Assembly: GCA_965178125.1 (NCBI GenBank)
Contig: OZ237744.1
Span: forward strand, 1,054,001-1,118,000
Source of the DNA: Bilabrum cf. latius
Taxonomy: Eukaryota
DNA length: 64,000 nucleotides
Reading direction: 5' to 3'
Of the stretch, positions 1-11,500 are shown piece by piece. The number at the start of each line of letters is the position of its first letter. Positions within the stretch are counted from its first letter, which is position 1. A program made the translations under genes and the position numbers. The notes beneath the pieces are model-generated. The model had not been told where the DNA came from. It was given only the letters and a program-made list of their open reading frames with translations, and ran no database searches.

Positions 1-249
1 CAACAGTGGTAGGTGCAACTGTCCTAGTGCCACTTCATTTCACAGGTTCCGGGGTGATAAAGAATAGTGTGGCAGCGAGGGGGGCAGATGCTTGTATTGA
101 CGGCGGCGGCCTGCATGGCCACGTCATGGGTGCCACCTCTCGTCTGACGCCGGCCCACCAGTCGGCGCCTGGTTGCCCAGCGTAGCCTATCCTCTTTTAA
201 CCTCACCTTTACCGGCGCCTTGCCTCGTATTCTCTTTCTTCCCTCGCAG

Positions 250-1512
250 CTCTTGACAGACGTCTTCGACACCCTGGTGGGCCAGCGCGACGAGGATCGG
301 ATCAAGGAGGCCGCCATCGCCGAGACGAGGCGGGTGGTGGAGGCCCTCGTCAAGGTGGGCTGGAAGGCAATCAACAAGAGGGCCAACAAGAGGAGGGCCA
401 CGCTGGGGGAGAGCATCGGGAGCACCCTGGGCACCACCATGCACGACTGGAGCAGTCGCAAGCAGGACATCCGCAAGAAGGTCGAGAGGCACGTCAGGAC
501 AGCCGCAGTGGAGGTGAACAAGCCAATCCTGGGCAACCTTCTGAGCGCCTACCTCATGCCCGTGTACCGCGCGCACAAGGAGTCCGTGCGGATCTACTGG
601 ACCAAGATGTCCGGCATCCTGGACCGGGGCCTCAAGGAGAGGGACCTCCGGGCCCTGTTCGAGGACACGAGGTGGGAGGACGGGTCTCTCTGCAGGGCCC
701 TGTAGATGATCCGAGCACTCACGAGGGGAGAGGTGGGCACGCCGGAGAAGCCAGACCCAGAGCTGGCACTGTGCCTCAGGGACCTGGAGGTGGACCTCCC
801 CGTCCTCCTCGAGATGATGCACGGGGTGTCTTTGTGGGAGACGGAGCGGGTGCTGGTGGCGAGCCTGCAGGAGAGCGTGGCTCGGGCCATATACTCCTTC
901 GTTGACATCGTGGAGCACGCCCCCGAGAAGATGACTCCGGAGGCCTGCTTGCACGAGGCCACTCGTCGTCTGATCGACGACTGCAAGGCCCGTGCCAAGA
1001 GGGACATATAGAAGGTACTGCTCATGATCGTGGGCCCGGCGGTGAGGAGGAGGCTCGTGCAGGTGCCGGCCGTGCAGGAGGTGCTCGCCTCTTCCGCGTA
1101 CAGCGCCACCAGACCGCTTGGAAAAGTGCCTCTGGGGCCCGGGGCGGGGATGGATCATGGCTCGGCGGCCAAAGGCGCGGCGAGCGGGGGCGCATCCTCC
1201 TCCTCGTCCGGCGCAGCGTCGGGCTCAGGATCCGGGTCGGACATCGGCAGCAGTGTCCCCGCGCCCGGGGCCGAAACGCCCATGGGCCAGCTGAAGCCCG
1301 GGGGCAGCACTGCCACTGTGGAGCGCGAGCTCAAGGCGCGCATGTACGAGGTGGGCGTGGCGGTGAGCGAAGGCTTCGTGGACGCGGACTGGCTGCTGGA
1401 CGAGGTGATCGAAGAGGACGTGATGGCGGTGCTGCGGGCGGGGACGAACGAGACGATTGACTTGATGCTGAGCCGGCTGAGCAAGCTGCCGGGCAAGCTG
1501 GGCTTCCTGTGA
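250..1512 (+). CDS. Hypothetical alpha-helical protein, last exon (5' part unresolved); weak resemblance to the Niban/FAM129 helical region
   Basis: Acceptor ...ccctcgcag ends at 249. ORFs 220-705, 706-1011 and 1024-1512 share one frame and are separated only by TAG (703-705, 1009-1011). Ends in TGA; strong GC3 bias. Confidence 0.7.
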
Positions 1513-1593
1513 GGGGGGGGAGTGAGGCGCGAGCTTGCTCGTATGGCTTTCCGCGCACATTCAAGGGAGTGTTGTCACTTGCAATCGCGCATA

Positions 1594-2128
1594 TTATGAC
1601 CCAGATCCATCTTCCATAGCTGCAGATCCTGCACTTGCTGCTGCCCCTTCCCCAGCGTCGGTTGCCTTGGCTTCACCTGCTGCTGCTGCTGGACCCTCCG
1701 TCTCGGCGTGCGTCGGAGCCTATCGTACGTAGAGCACGTTGTTGCATCGGATCAGCAGCTCTCCTAGCTTTCCCGCAAATTCACCGTCCAAAAATTCCTC
1801 GGCTTCCTGGAGCTACACGTTCATGTAGCTATCGAACGATGCTAGCTTGCCTGCGAGGCATCGAAAAGGACTAGCTGTCGATCACTCCCAAAGTAGGCAT
1901 AAAGTGGCGCAAGCGGCAGTAAAACGGTTGATCGCGGTGATTCTCACCTCGATACTCGGTACCCCATTTCAATTTCACGGCCACATTCTTGCCTACCAGG
2001 CCAGTTAGGAACGGCTTGGGGTTCACGATCATCTACGAAGCAGTAAGTAATGCGAGGGAATGCAATGACGTGGTCAGGAAGAGTGCAATCAAGGAAACCA
2101 ACAGCAAGGATGCACTTACTGTCGCCAT
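1594..2128 (-). CDS. SNRPF: Small nuclear ribonucleoprotein SmF (3 exons: 2128-2120, 2032-1948, 1850-1594)
   Basis: Spliced translation [73 protein letters not shown]... matches the SmF motifs NPKPFL, KLKWG, YMNxQL and [13 protein letters not shown] introns 2119-2033 and 1947-1851. TAG at 1813-1815 and 1720-1722; ends TAA at 1594-1596. Absent from the ORF track. Confidence 0.95.
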
Positions 2129-2234
2129 GGTAGAGCTCTCTCAACAAAAAGTGGCCTTGCTGGCTGCCGAGCAGCCTTGCGCTACAGTGCGGTAAATTTG
2201 GCAATGGGCAGAGTTGCATCACAATCACACGACA

Positions 2235-3543
2235 ATGAAGAGATAGGATGGGCGTTTACCGATATAGATTAGACCTATGAAGGCATAGCTCGGTGTTCTA
2301 GCGCGGGCAGACGGGTCTGCTCGATTCTAGTAGGGTGAGCACAGCTCAACTTTTGCTTGAAGGTACACGACGGGATCGGTATCACTCCATCGTCGCACTA
2401 CGCTCCAAAAGTCCCTACGCAGGTGATACTTCTATACTAGTAGGTATTCATGGTCCAGCTCCGCCGAAGCTGTCGAGGCTTGACGATGCTATTCGAATGT
2501 CCGTAGACGTATCGGTACGACCTGCAACTGGCCGGCCTAGCGTGGAAGACAAGACTCTTGAGGCCTACCTCATTGATGTAATCAGAGCAACCGTATTGTT
2601 GACAGAATATCCGCGGACCTAGCTAACTGTCGTGGTGCAGACGCTCTGCGACGATGGCTCGATACTCGCTGCTTCGATCTGCGCCGTAGGGCTGGCCCTA
2701 GCTGATGCAGGGGTGCAAATGCGTGGCATGCTGACGGCGTCAACGGTAGGAATTCTACCTCAGCACGCTTCAGACACCAGTTTGCCTTCATCCTCTGCAG
2801 CGGGATCGGGATCGCAGGGTAAGTTGGCAGAGGCGAGCGAGGAGCACCTGTCCCACGACGTGACAGCAGAGGAGAGCATGGCCTGCAGGGCAGCGTGCAC
2901 CGTCGCGTTCATCACAGGAACGACTGGAACCGACTTGCACTCCGTGCTCATGGACCTTAGCGGCACTTGTTCCCCGGATGAGATGGATCAGATGGACGAC
3001 GAGTTGCAGCGGGGTGCATCCACGGCCCTGTCCTTCCTGCAGGAAGCAGTAAGGGTCTGGGCGAGCACGCAGATGCTCGTGCAGGTGCCCACGATGGGAG
3101 AAGTTACCAAGCTGAGGATAAAAATCCAGGAGGGGGCAAGGGGAGCAGGGCAGGAGGACGACCTTCCCACCAGAGTTAAGCTGGAGCACTCGGCATCTCG
3201 GTCGACTGACTCTGCTACTGCCATTGCCAGTAGCAGCGGCGCAATCGCAGGCTCGGGTGCAGCCCCCATAGAGTCGGGGGACGGGTCCATCGCTGTGACG
3301 AGTGGGGCAGTCTCAGCAGAGATGGGAGCCATCGCAGGTGGGGCAAGTGTAGGGGCCAAGAAGAAGACGAGTGGGGCAGTCTCAGCAGAGGTGGGAGCCA
3401 TCGCAGGTGGGGCAAGTGTAGGGGCCAAGAAGAAGACGAGTGGGGCAGTCTCAGCAGAGATGGGAGCCATCGCAGGTGGGGCAAGTGTAGGGGCCAAGAA
3501 GAAGAAAAAGAGGAGAAAGAGAAAGTCCAAGCCTACTAGCTGA
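2235..3543 (+). CDS. EXOSC5: Exosome complex component Rrp46 (RNase PH family), intron 2335-2422, Lys-rich C-terminal tail
   Basis: MKR*DGRLPI*IRPMKA*LGVLARADGSARF**G|DTSILVGIHGP...EYPRT*LTVVVQTLCDDGSILAASI matches the Rrp46 motifs DGSAxFxQGDT, YPRT and DDGS. Six in-frame TAGs; ends TGA. Confidence 0.9.
3298..3504 (+). repeat. 69-bp tandem repeat x3 in the Rrp46 tail (TSGAVSAEMGAIAGGASVGAKKK)
   Basis: Near-identical units start at 3298, 3367 and 3436. Confidence 0.95.
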
Positions 3544-3739
3544 GTTGTTATGCGTTGCATTCATTACCAGACATGGTAGGTCAATCATGGAATCTGTTTC
3601 ACCTGAGCAATTCAGCCCATCCCGGGGATCACTTCCCCACCCTCCTCCTCTTCACCACGTCCCCTCTCGCCACCCGGGCCAGCACCGAGATGGCGTACCC
3701 TGCAACATGCACCACGTCCCCGCTGCCAGCGTCTCTCAG

Positions 3740-6700
3740 TCACTTCAAGGGATCCACTCCACCGGCATCCACAACTGCCTGCGCAAATGCACTGGATCTA
3801 ATAGCGATGGTCTGCAGCGCATTTGCAGCATATTCAGCCTCCTTGCCCTTGCTGGATCCCAGCAGACCCACAAGCCCCGCCAATGCACCTGCATCCACCA
3901 CACACTGCTTCATATCATCAGACCCTTCAGCCACATTACACAACGCCCCAGCCGCCCATTCAGCTTCCTCGCCCTTGCTGGATCCCAGCAGACCCACAAG
4001 CCCCGCCAATGCACCTGCATCCACCACACACTGCTTCATATCATCAGACCCTGCAGCCACCCTACGCAACGTCGCAGCCGCGCACTCAGCCTCCTCGCCC
4101 TTGCTGGATCCCAGCAGACCCACAAGCCCCGCCAATGCACCTGCATCCACCACTGCCTGCTTCGTACCATCAGACCCTGCAGCCACATTCCACAGTGCCC
4201 TAGCCGCGCACTCAGCCTTCTCGCCCTTGCTGGATCCGAGCAGACCCACAAGCCCCGCCAATGCGCCTGCATCCAACACACACTGCTTCATATCATCAGA
4301 CCCTGCAGCCACATTCTCAAATGCCAAAGCCGCCAATTCAGCCTCCATGCCCTTGCTGGATCCTAGCAGCCTCACCAGTCCAGGCAATGCACCTGCATCC
4401 ACCACACACTGCTTCGTACCATCAGATCCTGCAGCCACTTTGTACAACGTCGCAGCCGCGCACTCAGCCTCCCTACCCTTGCTGGACCCCAGCAGACCCA
4501 CAAGCCCCGCCAATGCACCTGCATCCACCACACACTGCTTCATACCATCAGACCCACGAGCCACATTCCACAGTGCAACAGCTGCGCACTCAGCCTCCTC
4601 GCCCTTGCTGGATCCTAGCAGACCCACAAGCCCCGCCAATGCACCTGCATCCACCACACACTGCCGCATACCATCAGACCCTTCAGCCACACTTGACAGT
4701 GTCCCGGCTGCACACTCAGCCTCCTCGCCCTTGCTGGATCCCAGCAGACCCACAAGCCCCGCCAATGCACCTGCATCTACCACACACTGCTTCCTACCAT
4801 CAGATCCTTCAGCCACATTCCAGAGAGCCGCAACCGCGCACTCAGCCTCCTCGCCCTTGCTGGATCCCAGCAGACCCACAAGCCCCGCCAATGCACCTGC
4901 ATCCACCACACACTGCTTCATACCATCAGACCCTTCAGCCACATTACGCAACGCCCCAGCCGCGCACTCAGCCTCCTCGCCCTTGCTGGATCCCAGCAGA
5001 CCCACAAGCCCACCCAATGCACCTGCATCCACCACACACTGCTTCATATCATCAGACCCTTCAGCCACATTACACAACGCCCCAGCCGCCCATTCAGCCT
5101 CCTCGCCCTTGCTGGATCCCAGCAGACCCACAAGCCCCGCCAATGCACCTGCATCCACCACACACTGCTTCATATCATCAGACCCTGCAGCCACCCTACG
5201 CAACGTCGCAGCCGCGCACTCAGCCTCCTCGCCCTTGCTGGATTCCAGCAGACCCACAAGCCCCGCCAATGCACCTGCATCCACCACTGCCTGCTTCGTA
5301 CCATCAGACCCTGCAGCCACATTCCACAGTGCCCTAGCCGCGCACTCAGCCTTCTCGCCCTTGCTGGATCCGAGCAGACCCACAAGCCCCGCCAATGCGC
5401 CTGCATCCAACACACACTGCTTCATATCATCAGACCCTGCAGCCACATTCTCAAATGCCAAAGCCGCCAACTCAGCCTCCATGCCCTTGCTGGATCCTAG
5501 CAGCCTCACCAGTTCAGGCAATGCACCTGCATCCACCACACACTGCTTCGTACCATCAGATCCTGCAGCCACTTTGTACAACGTCGCAGCCGCGCACTCA
5601 GCCTCCCTACCCTTGCTGGACCCCAGCAGACCCACAAGCCCCGCCAATGCACCTGCATCCACCACACACTGCTTCATACCATCAGACCCACGAGCCACAT
5701 TCCACAGTGCAACAGCTGCGCACTCAGCCTCTTCACCCTTGCTGGATCCCAGCAGACCCACAAGCCCCGCCAATGCACCTGCATCCACCACACACTGCCG
5801 CATACCATCAGACCCTTCAGCCACACTTGACAGTGTCCCGGCTGCACACTCAGCCTCCTCGCCCTTGCTGGATCCCAGCAGACCCACAAGCCCCGCCAAT
5901 GCACCTGCATCCACCACACACTGCACCATAGCATCAGATCCTGCAGCCAAGTTACGCAGTGCCCTAGCCGCGCACTCAGCCTCCTCGCCCTTGCTGGATC
6001 CCAGCAGACCCACAAGCCCACCCAATGCACCTGCATCCAACACACACTGCTTCATACCATCAGTACCTGCCGCCACATTCCATAGTGCCCCAGCCGCGCA
6101 CTCAGCCTCCTCGCCCTTGCCGGATCCTAGCAGACCCACAAGCCCACCCAATGCACCTGCATCCAACACACACTGCACCACACCATCAGACCCATAAGCC
6201 ACATTCCACAGTGCCCCGGCTGCGCACTCAGCCTCCTCGCCCTTGCTGGATCCCAGCAGACCCACAAGCCCCGCCAATGCACCTGCATCCACCACACACT
6301 GCTCCATACCATCAGACCCTGCAGCCACATTACGCAACGCCCCAGCCGCGCACTCAGCCTCCCTGCCCTTGCTGGATCCTAGCAGACCCACCAGTCCAGG
6401 CAATGCGCTCGCTTCCACAAACGTCGTCCGAGAGCTGCTGCACTCGTTGCATAACTCGCGAATCACGAATGCCGCCACTTCTGCGCTCGAATCAGCATCA
6501 TTGCATGCTTGCAGGCTTTGTACGATTCTAGTGACTACGCCGGCGCTCTGCAATACATTGTCCCTTACTCTTCCACGTATGTCTTCCATCAGTGCCTGCG
6601 CTCTTGACGGCAACATCACCGCTCCATCAAAGCCAGACGTCACCCGCAGCTGCCACAGCACCCGATGCACCCCATCCCAGCTCCCCCTCACCACCAGCCC

Positions 6701-8284
6701 ATCCACCACTGCCCTCACCCTGCTCACGGCTGCATCACACCCTACGCCTCCCGCCACCAATGCAGGCAGCCACTCACTGATATCGGAATCGACAGCATCT
6801 CCGGCACCATCTCGACCATTCGATCCAAGCAAACGGACCGCTTCCCCGACAGCCATCCTGTCCACAGGACGAACGCAAAGCAGGCTCTGCACCATGCTCA
6901 CATACCACGAGGGACGCTTCGATAGCTAGTCATGACCTGCCATTGGAGTCTCGCAGGCATCCAATGCAGCTGCCAGCTCGCAAGGCCTAGTCTGACTCCC
7001 GTCCTGCACACCAGATGGATACGAGTCTCCGAACGGGTGCTGCCCTCCCGTGGCCAGCTCGTGCAGCAGCACACCAAGCTCCCACGACGCCTGCTTGCCG
7101 AATGGCACGCATGCATCCATGTCTCCCGCCGCCCCCTTGTTCCACCCATCCAGCACCTCAGGGGCCAGGTGGGCCTGGTTGCCGCCCAGCCCGTCACCGC
7201 CATGCACCAGGTAGCGGTACGTGACTCGATCCAGAGCCTCCACTGCGGCTGATTCAGAAGAGCTGGCAGGACCATGGTGTGCCGCTGCAGGACCAGGCAC
7301 AGGTGGATGGGATGGAGAGGAGCCCGAGGCAGACGATGATGAAGAGGAGGAGAAAGAGTACGAGGAGGATGAGGAGGACGATGGCGGTGCTGCGCCAGTC
7401 ACAGCAGTAGCAGCAGCAGCAGACCCTGCTGCATCCACGTACACACGCAAGCAGCACCCGAGGTCGATCAGCACCGCACGCCCCACCCCCTTTGGACCAC
7501 CCCTTGAGTCCCACATCACGTTGTCCAGCTTCAGGTCACGGTGCACCACCCCGTGCTGCAGCAGGTGATGCACCCCCTCCGCGATGTCCCTCGACAGCTG
7601 CACAAGCACTTCGTCAGACAGAGACCCAGGATCGTCCCCCTCCACGATCTCCAGGTGATCGCACATGCGCCTCTGCAGCAGCTCCATGCCCACCATCTGC
7701 GCCTTGCGCGGGTGCAAAGGAGCGGGTCCATCAGCAGCCAGCACCTCCTCGTCCTCGTCATGATCGCCGTCATCGACGCACACCAGTGCAGGATTCGGCA
7801 GCATCTTCACCATCCACACGGGCGGCTTATGCACGCACTCGAACACCACCCGAGCCAGATTGCGGTGCTCGGGCAGTCGAGCGAGCACGTCGAACTCCTT
7901 CTGCGTCTCGTTGGTCTCCAGCCGGGACGTGGATAGACCCCAGTTGAACACGGCCTTCACAGCAATGTAATCATACTTGCGTCTGGAAGCTGCAGTACTG
8001 GCGCTACTGCTGCTGCTGCTAACGCTGCTGCTGCCGCTACCTCTCGGGAGCGTGACGCGAAACACTGCTCCGTGTCCGCCGTGACCGAGCAAGACAGTGC
8101 CCGATTTGGGCTTCTTGCATAGCCCCAGCAGCGGCTTGGCGAACATGCGTCTCTGAGCCTGAGTACCAGCCCTGGTCATGCGGTAAGCCTCTACGACACT
8201 TGCTGGCAGGGCGGGCAGGGGAATCGAAAGAGCATCAATGCAGCGGTTCGGTTCTGGATCGGGAGCGCTCCCTGAAGCAGCCAT
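3740..8284 (-). CDS. PINK1-like Ser/Thr kinase fused to an armadillo-repeat array
   Basis: Kinase motifs GHGGHGAV, AVKAVFN, HRDLKLDN, DLGCCL and GGNQAHLAPEV. TAG at 6926-6928 joins ORF 6926-8362 in frame to ORF 3740-6901, whose first residues (SLLCVRPVDRMAVGEAVRLL) supply kinase subdomain XI. About 21 42-aa ARM repeats follow. Confidence 0.85.
3760..6420 (-). repeat. 126-bp tandem array (~21 units) encoding armadillo repeats
   Basis: Unit VVDAGALAGLVGLLGSSKGEEAECAAGALxNVAxGSDGMKQC, highly similar at DNA level; boundaries approximate. Confidence 0.95.
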
Positions 8285-8501
8285 GGTATTGACTCGCTCG
8301 CAAGCACGCGACACCGTATTGATGCAAACGCGTGAACGATCGCGGCTTGACAAATCGCACACAGATCCTGAGAAAACGAGAAATTGATGGATGAGGAGTG
8401 ATTGTCGAGTTTTCTTGCTTCATCTTCCAACACGTAACCCAGGCAGCAATGCAGCAGCTGCAACCCAAGCTGCCTTTTCCGTCCCCCATCACCTCACCAA
8501 C

Positions 8502-11500
8502 TCAGGTCGCCCGCCAGCTGCCTCGCACGTCCTCCTCTGACCGAGTCGAGTACAGGTCCAGCCGGCGAGCTCCACCTGCAGCCAGACCAGTGCCAGACAC
8601 AGCTGCGCCTCGGTGTCGTGCTGTGCCCATCGCATTGACGCCGCCACGGCTTGATGTGCCATCACCAGCAGCTGCATGATCTCCATCCCCCACGGCCCCG
8701 TACAGCACCTCCAGGACGCCCCTCCTCACCCGCTGCCTATGCGGAGACACTCCCGCCAGCCCCGCCCCTGCCCCTGTCCCTGTCCCTCCCTCGAGTCCAT
8801 CGGCCCCGCTGGCATGCCTCGCCCCATCCAGAGCCTCCGACAGACCCCCCAGCACGTCATCATGCATCGCCCCATACCCTGGACCGACACCCACGCCAGC
8901 TGATGCACACAGCGGCTCGATGCCGGCCCTGCGCGCTGTTCCCTGGGACCCTCGCCTGGGCCTGGGCACGGGCCCGGGGCCCTCCCGCCCCACGCCCAGG
9001 CTGTAGTCGACCGCGGGTGCCTGGCGCGCCCCCTGCCGAGTGGCGCGGTCGCTCGGGTGCAGCAGCGGCGCATCGGCGCGCAGGGCGACAGAGGCTCCGG
9101 ATCGAGGGGGCCTGGCCTGCAGCTTGCCGCTGGAGGGGTGCACCGCCACGGTGCCTGACCTCGCTGCGGACTCCCGGCCCGTCCTGGCAGCCATGGTCAC
9201 GTCCCTCGGCCCTGTGGGCGCCTTGCTTCCCCTGCACTGCACTGCCGCGCGCCGCACGCTGGTGGGACTCACGTCCAGCCGATCGCCGTCCCTGCCCCAT
9301 GCCGCCCCGCTGCCCGCGGGGACACCCACCCTCAGCACAGCGGCCACCTCTGCTGCCGCCTGCCTCGCTCGGAGGCTCTCTGGAGCTGCGCCCATCCCAT
9401 GGCCCACATCCAAGGCACCGGCGCGGGAGGGAATGGCCCCTGCCCCAGCCAGCCCCCACGCCAGGATGGCATCGGCAGGGCCACCATCGGACCGGCCTTG
9501 CCCCGGGCCCCTCTGCACGTCGGCTGCCTCTCCCAGCAGCACGCCCCCGTCCGTGCCAGCGGGAAGCGAGTCGTCCCTGCCTGTCGCGTTGGCCAGCGTG
9601 CTGTACCGCTGCCCCCTGCGGGCCTTGCGCACGATGGCATCGGCTGTCTCGGGGGCCAGCGGGGGCCTGCAGCCCGAGGACGTGTTCGTCTCCATCCCGT
9701 CATGCTGCCTGGATCGAGCGTCACCGGGCTGGCCCATGCTGGCTGCGGGGACACGGGGCTGGTCCGGTCTGGAGGGCAGTGGGCCGTCTCTCTATCCTCG
9801 ATCCATGCCAAGCAGGATCCTCCTGGCCTCCTGTCTGTCCCCAGGTGCTGCATCGCTCCCGGCCAGCAGTCTCTCCAGTGCTGTGCCCACCACATCCTCT
9901 GCCCCCTCCTCACGCCCTGCATCCCCTCCCATGACCCCAGCCAGGGCAGCATCCTCCGCCTCCTTGTCCAGCTGCTCAGCCACCGCGGGTCTCTCACCGT
10001 GCGGACCCACGGCCTCGTCCCGTCCCGTGGCGAGATCCAGACCGAACCTGGCAGCAGGCGCCCTGGCGTGGCCCATGGCCGCAGTGATGGCAGAGGGGGC
10101 CGCGGCCGCTGAGCTCGCGGCGTCCTGCGGCCCGCGGTCTCCCTCTCCCTGTGCCACCGCGGCTCGCCTTGCCGACTCGATGTCACCGAAACCCACACGG
10201 ATGCGGGTGACTCGGCCCGGTCGCTTGCCACCGATACTCCGCTCAGCGTCCGGAGCTCCACTGATGAGCTGCACCACAGCCACGATCCTGTCTCGACCAA
10301 GCCCCGCCTCCAGCTTCGGCACGCCTTTGCCCAGGTCGATACGGGTGGCGCGATCGGCAGACGGGCTAGGCAATGCATGCGCCCCCGCGTCCTTCATGCG
10401 TCTCTCTCCCGCCCTGGCCTCGGCTGTTCCCTCGCGGCCCGTCTGCCTGCTCATGCCGGGGGCCGATCGCCGGCCCGCGGGCAGGGGCCGCGTGGCATCC
10501 AGCGCCCTCTGCGTCTCGCCGGCGCGCTGAGCAAATTCCTTAACGGCGGCAGGGTTGGCACCATACACTCCGAAGGTCCCCACGTGTTTAACCACCGGCA
10601 GCTCCCGGTCGATTCTCGCCTTCTCCGTCTCGCTGCCACCATCCCAGTCCATCGGGTCCTCGTCCTGCAGCAGCCGATCTGCTTCTGCCAGCAGTCTGCG
10701 GAGGGTGTTCTCCTTGCCGTATCGCCTTGCAACTTCTTGGGCGCGAGCATTCGCAGGGAGTCTCGGGCCCGCGTGCTCGTGCTCGCCCTGGCCGGTGGAC
10801 ATTGCCCTGAGCGCTCTGGCTTTGCGCTTGCGCCGCTTCACCTCGGCCCTCGACTCCTTCCTGGACCTTGCCTGCCTCGCCCATGACACGCCAGTCGGGG
10901 CCTGCCGCTCCACCGCCGTGTACAGGGGCAGGTGGCCCCACTCCGGCACGTGGAAATCCCCGATGAGACGGCCGATGCGCGTAAGCAACCGCTTTCGCCT
11001 CGCACCGATTTGGCTGGGGCCGAGTGGAGCCATGGAGCCCTGCCCCTGCCTCTGCCTCTGCCTGTGCCTCTGCCTGTGCCTCTGCCTGTGCCTGAGTTGC
11101 TCCTCCCTGTCGCCCGCAGGGAGAGGCGCGATCCGGCCCCCTCTCGCCCTAGGCCTATCGCTCCTGCAGCTCGCGCCCGGGTCCCTCGCCCTGGACAGCT
11201 GCTCGGCCTCTTCTTGAAGCCGACGGAGCCTCCGGAGTGCTCGCTGCGTGGTTGAGCCATCTCCATCCTGATCGTTGTTGTCTGAACCACCACCCGTAGA
11301 TGAATTGCCCATCCGCCGTAAGTACCGCCTGAGTCCCCTCTCCACTCGCTTTCGGATGCGCCTGTCTGGGTCACGGGTGTTCGCCTTGCCGACCTACCTC
11401 TCGGTCGCTCGTTCGTCGATGGCAACCAGCAGCCTAGCGCGTTGCTGGGCCCTTAGCCTGCCGCCGATCTCCGATCCGCTGCTCTCTTCACCGCCGGTGC

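Noticed and set aside
3555-6197. 880-aa plus-strand ORF and other ORFs over the repeat array
   Set aside because: Antisense shadow of the 126-bp ARM repeat; a stop-free unit gives a long ORF automatically.
3760-6420. CRISPR-like array
   Set aside because: The units are contiguous 126-bp coding repeats with no unique spacers, and there are no cas genes.
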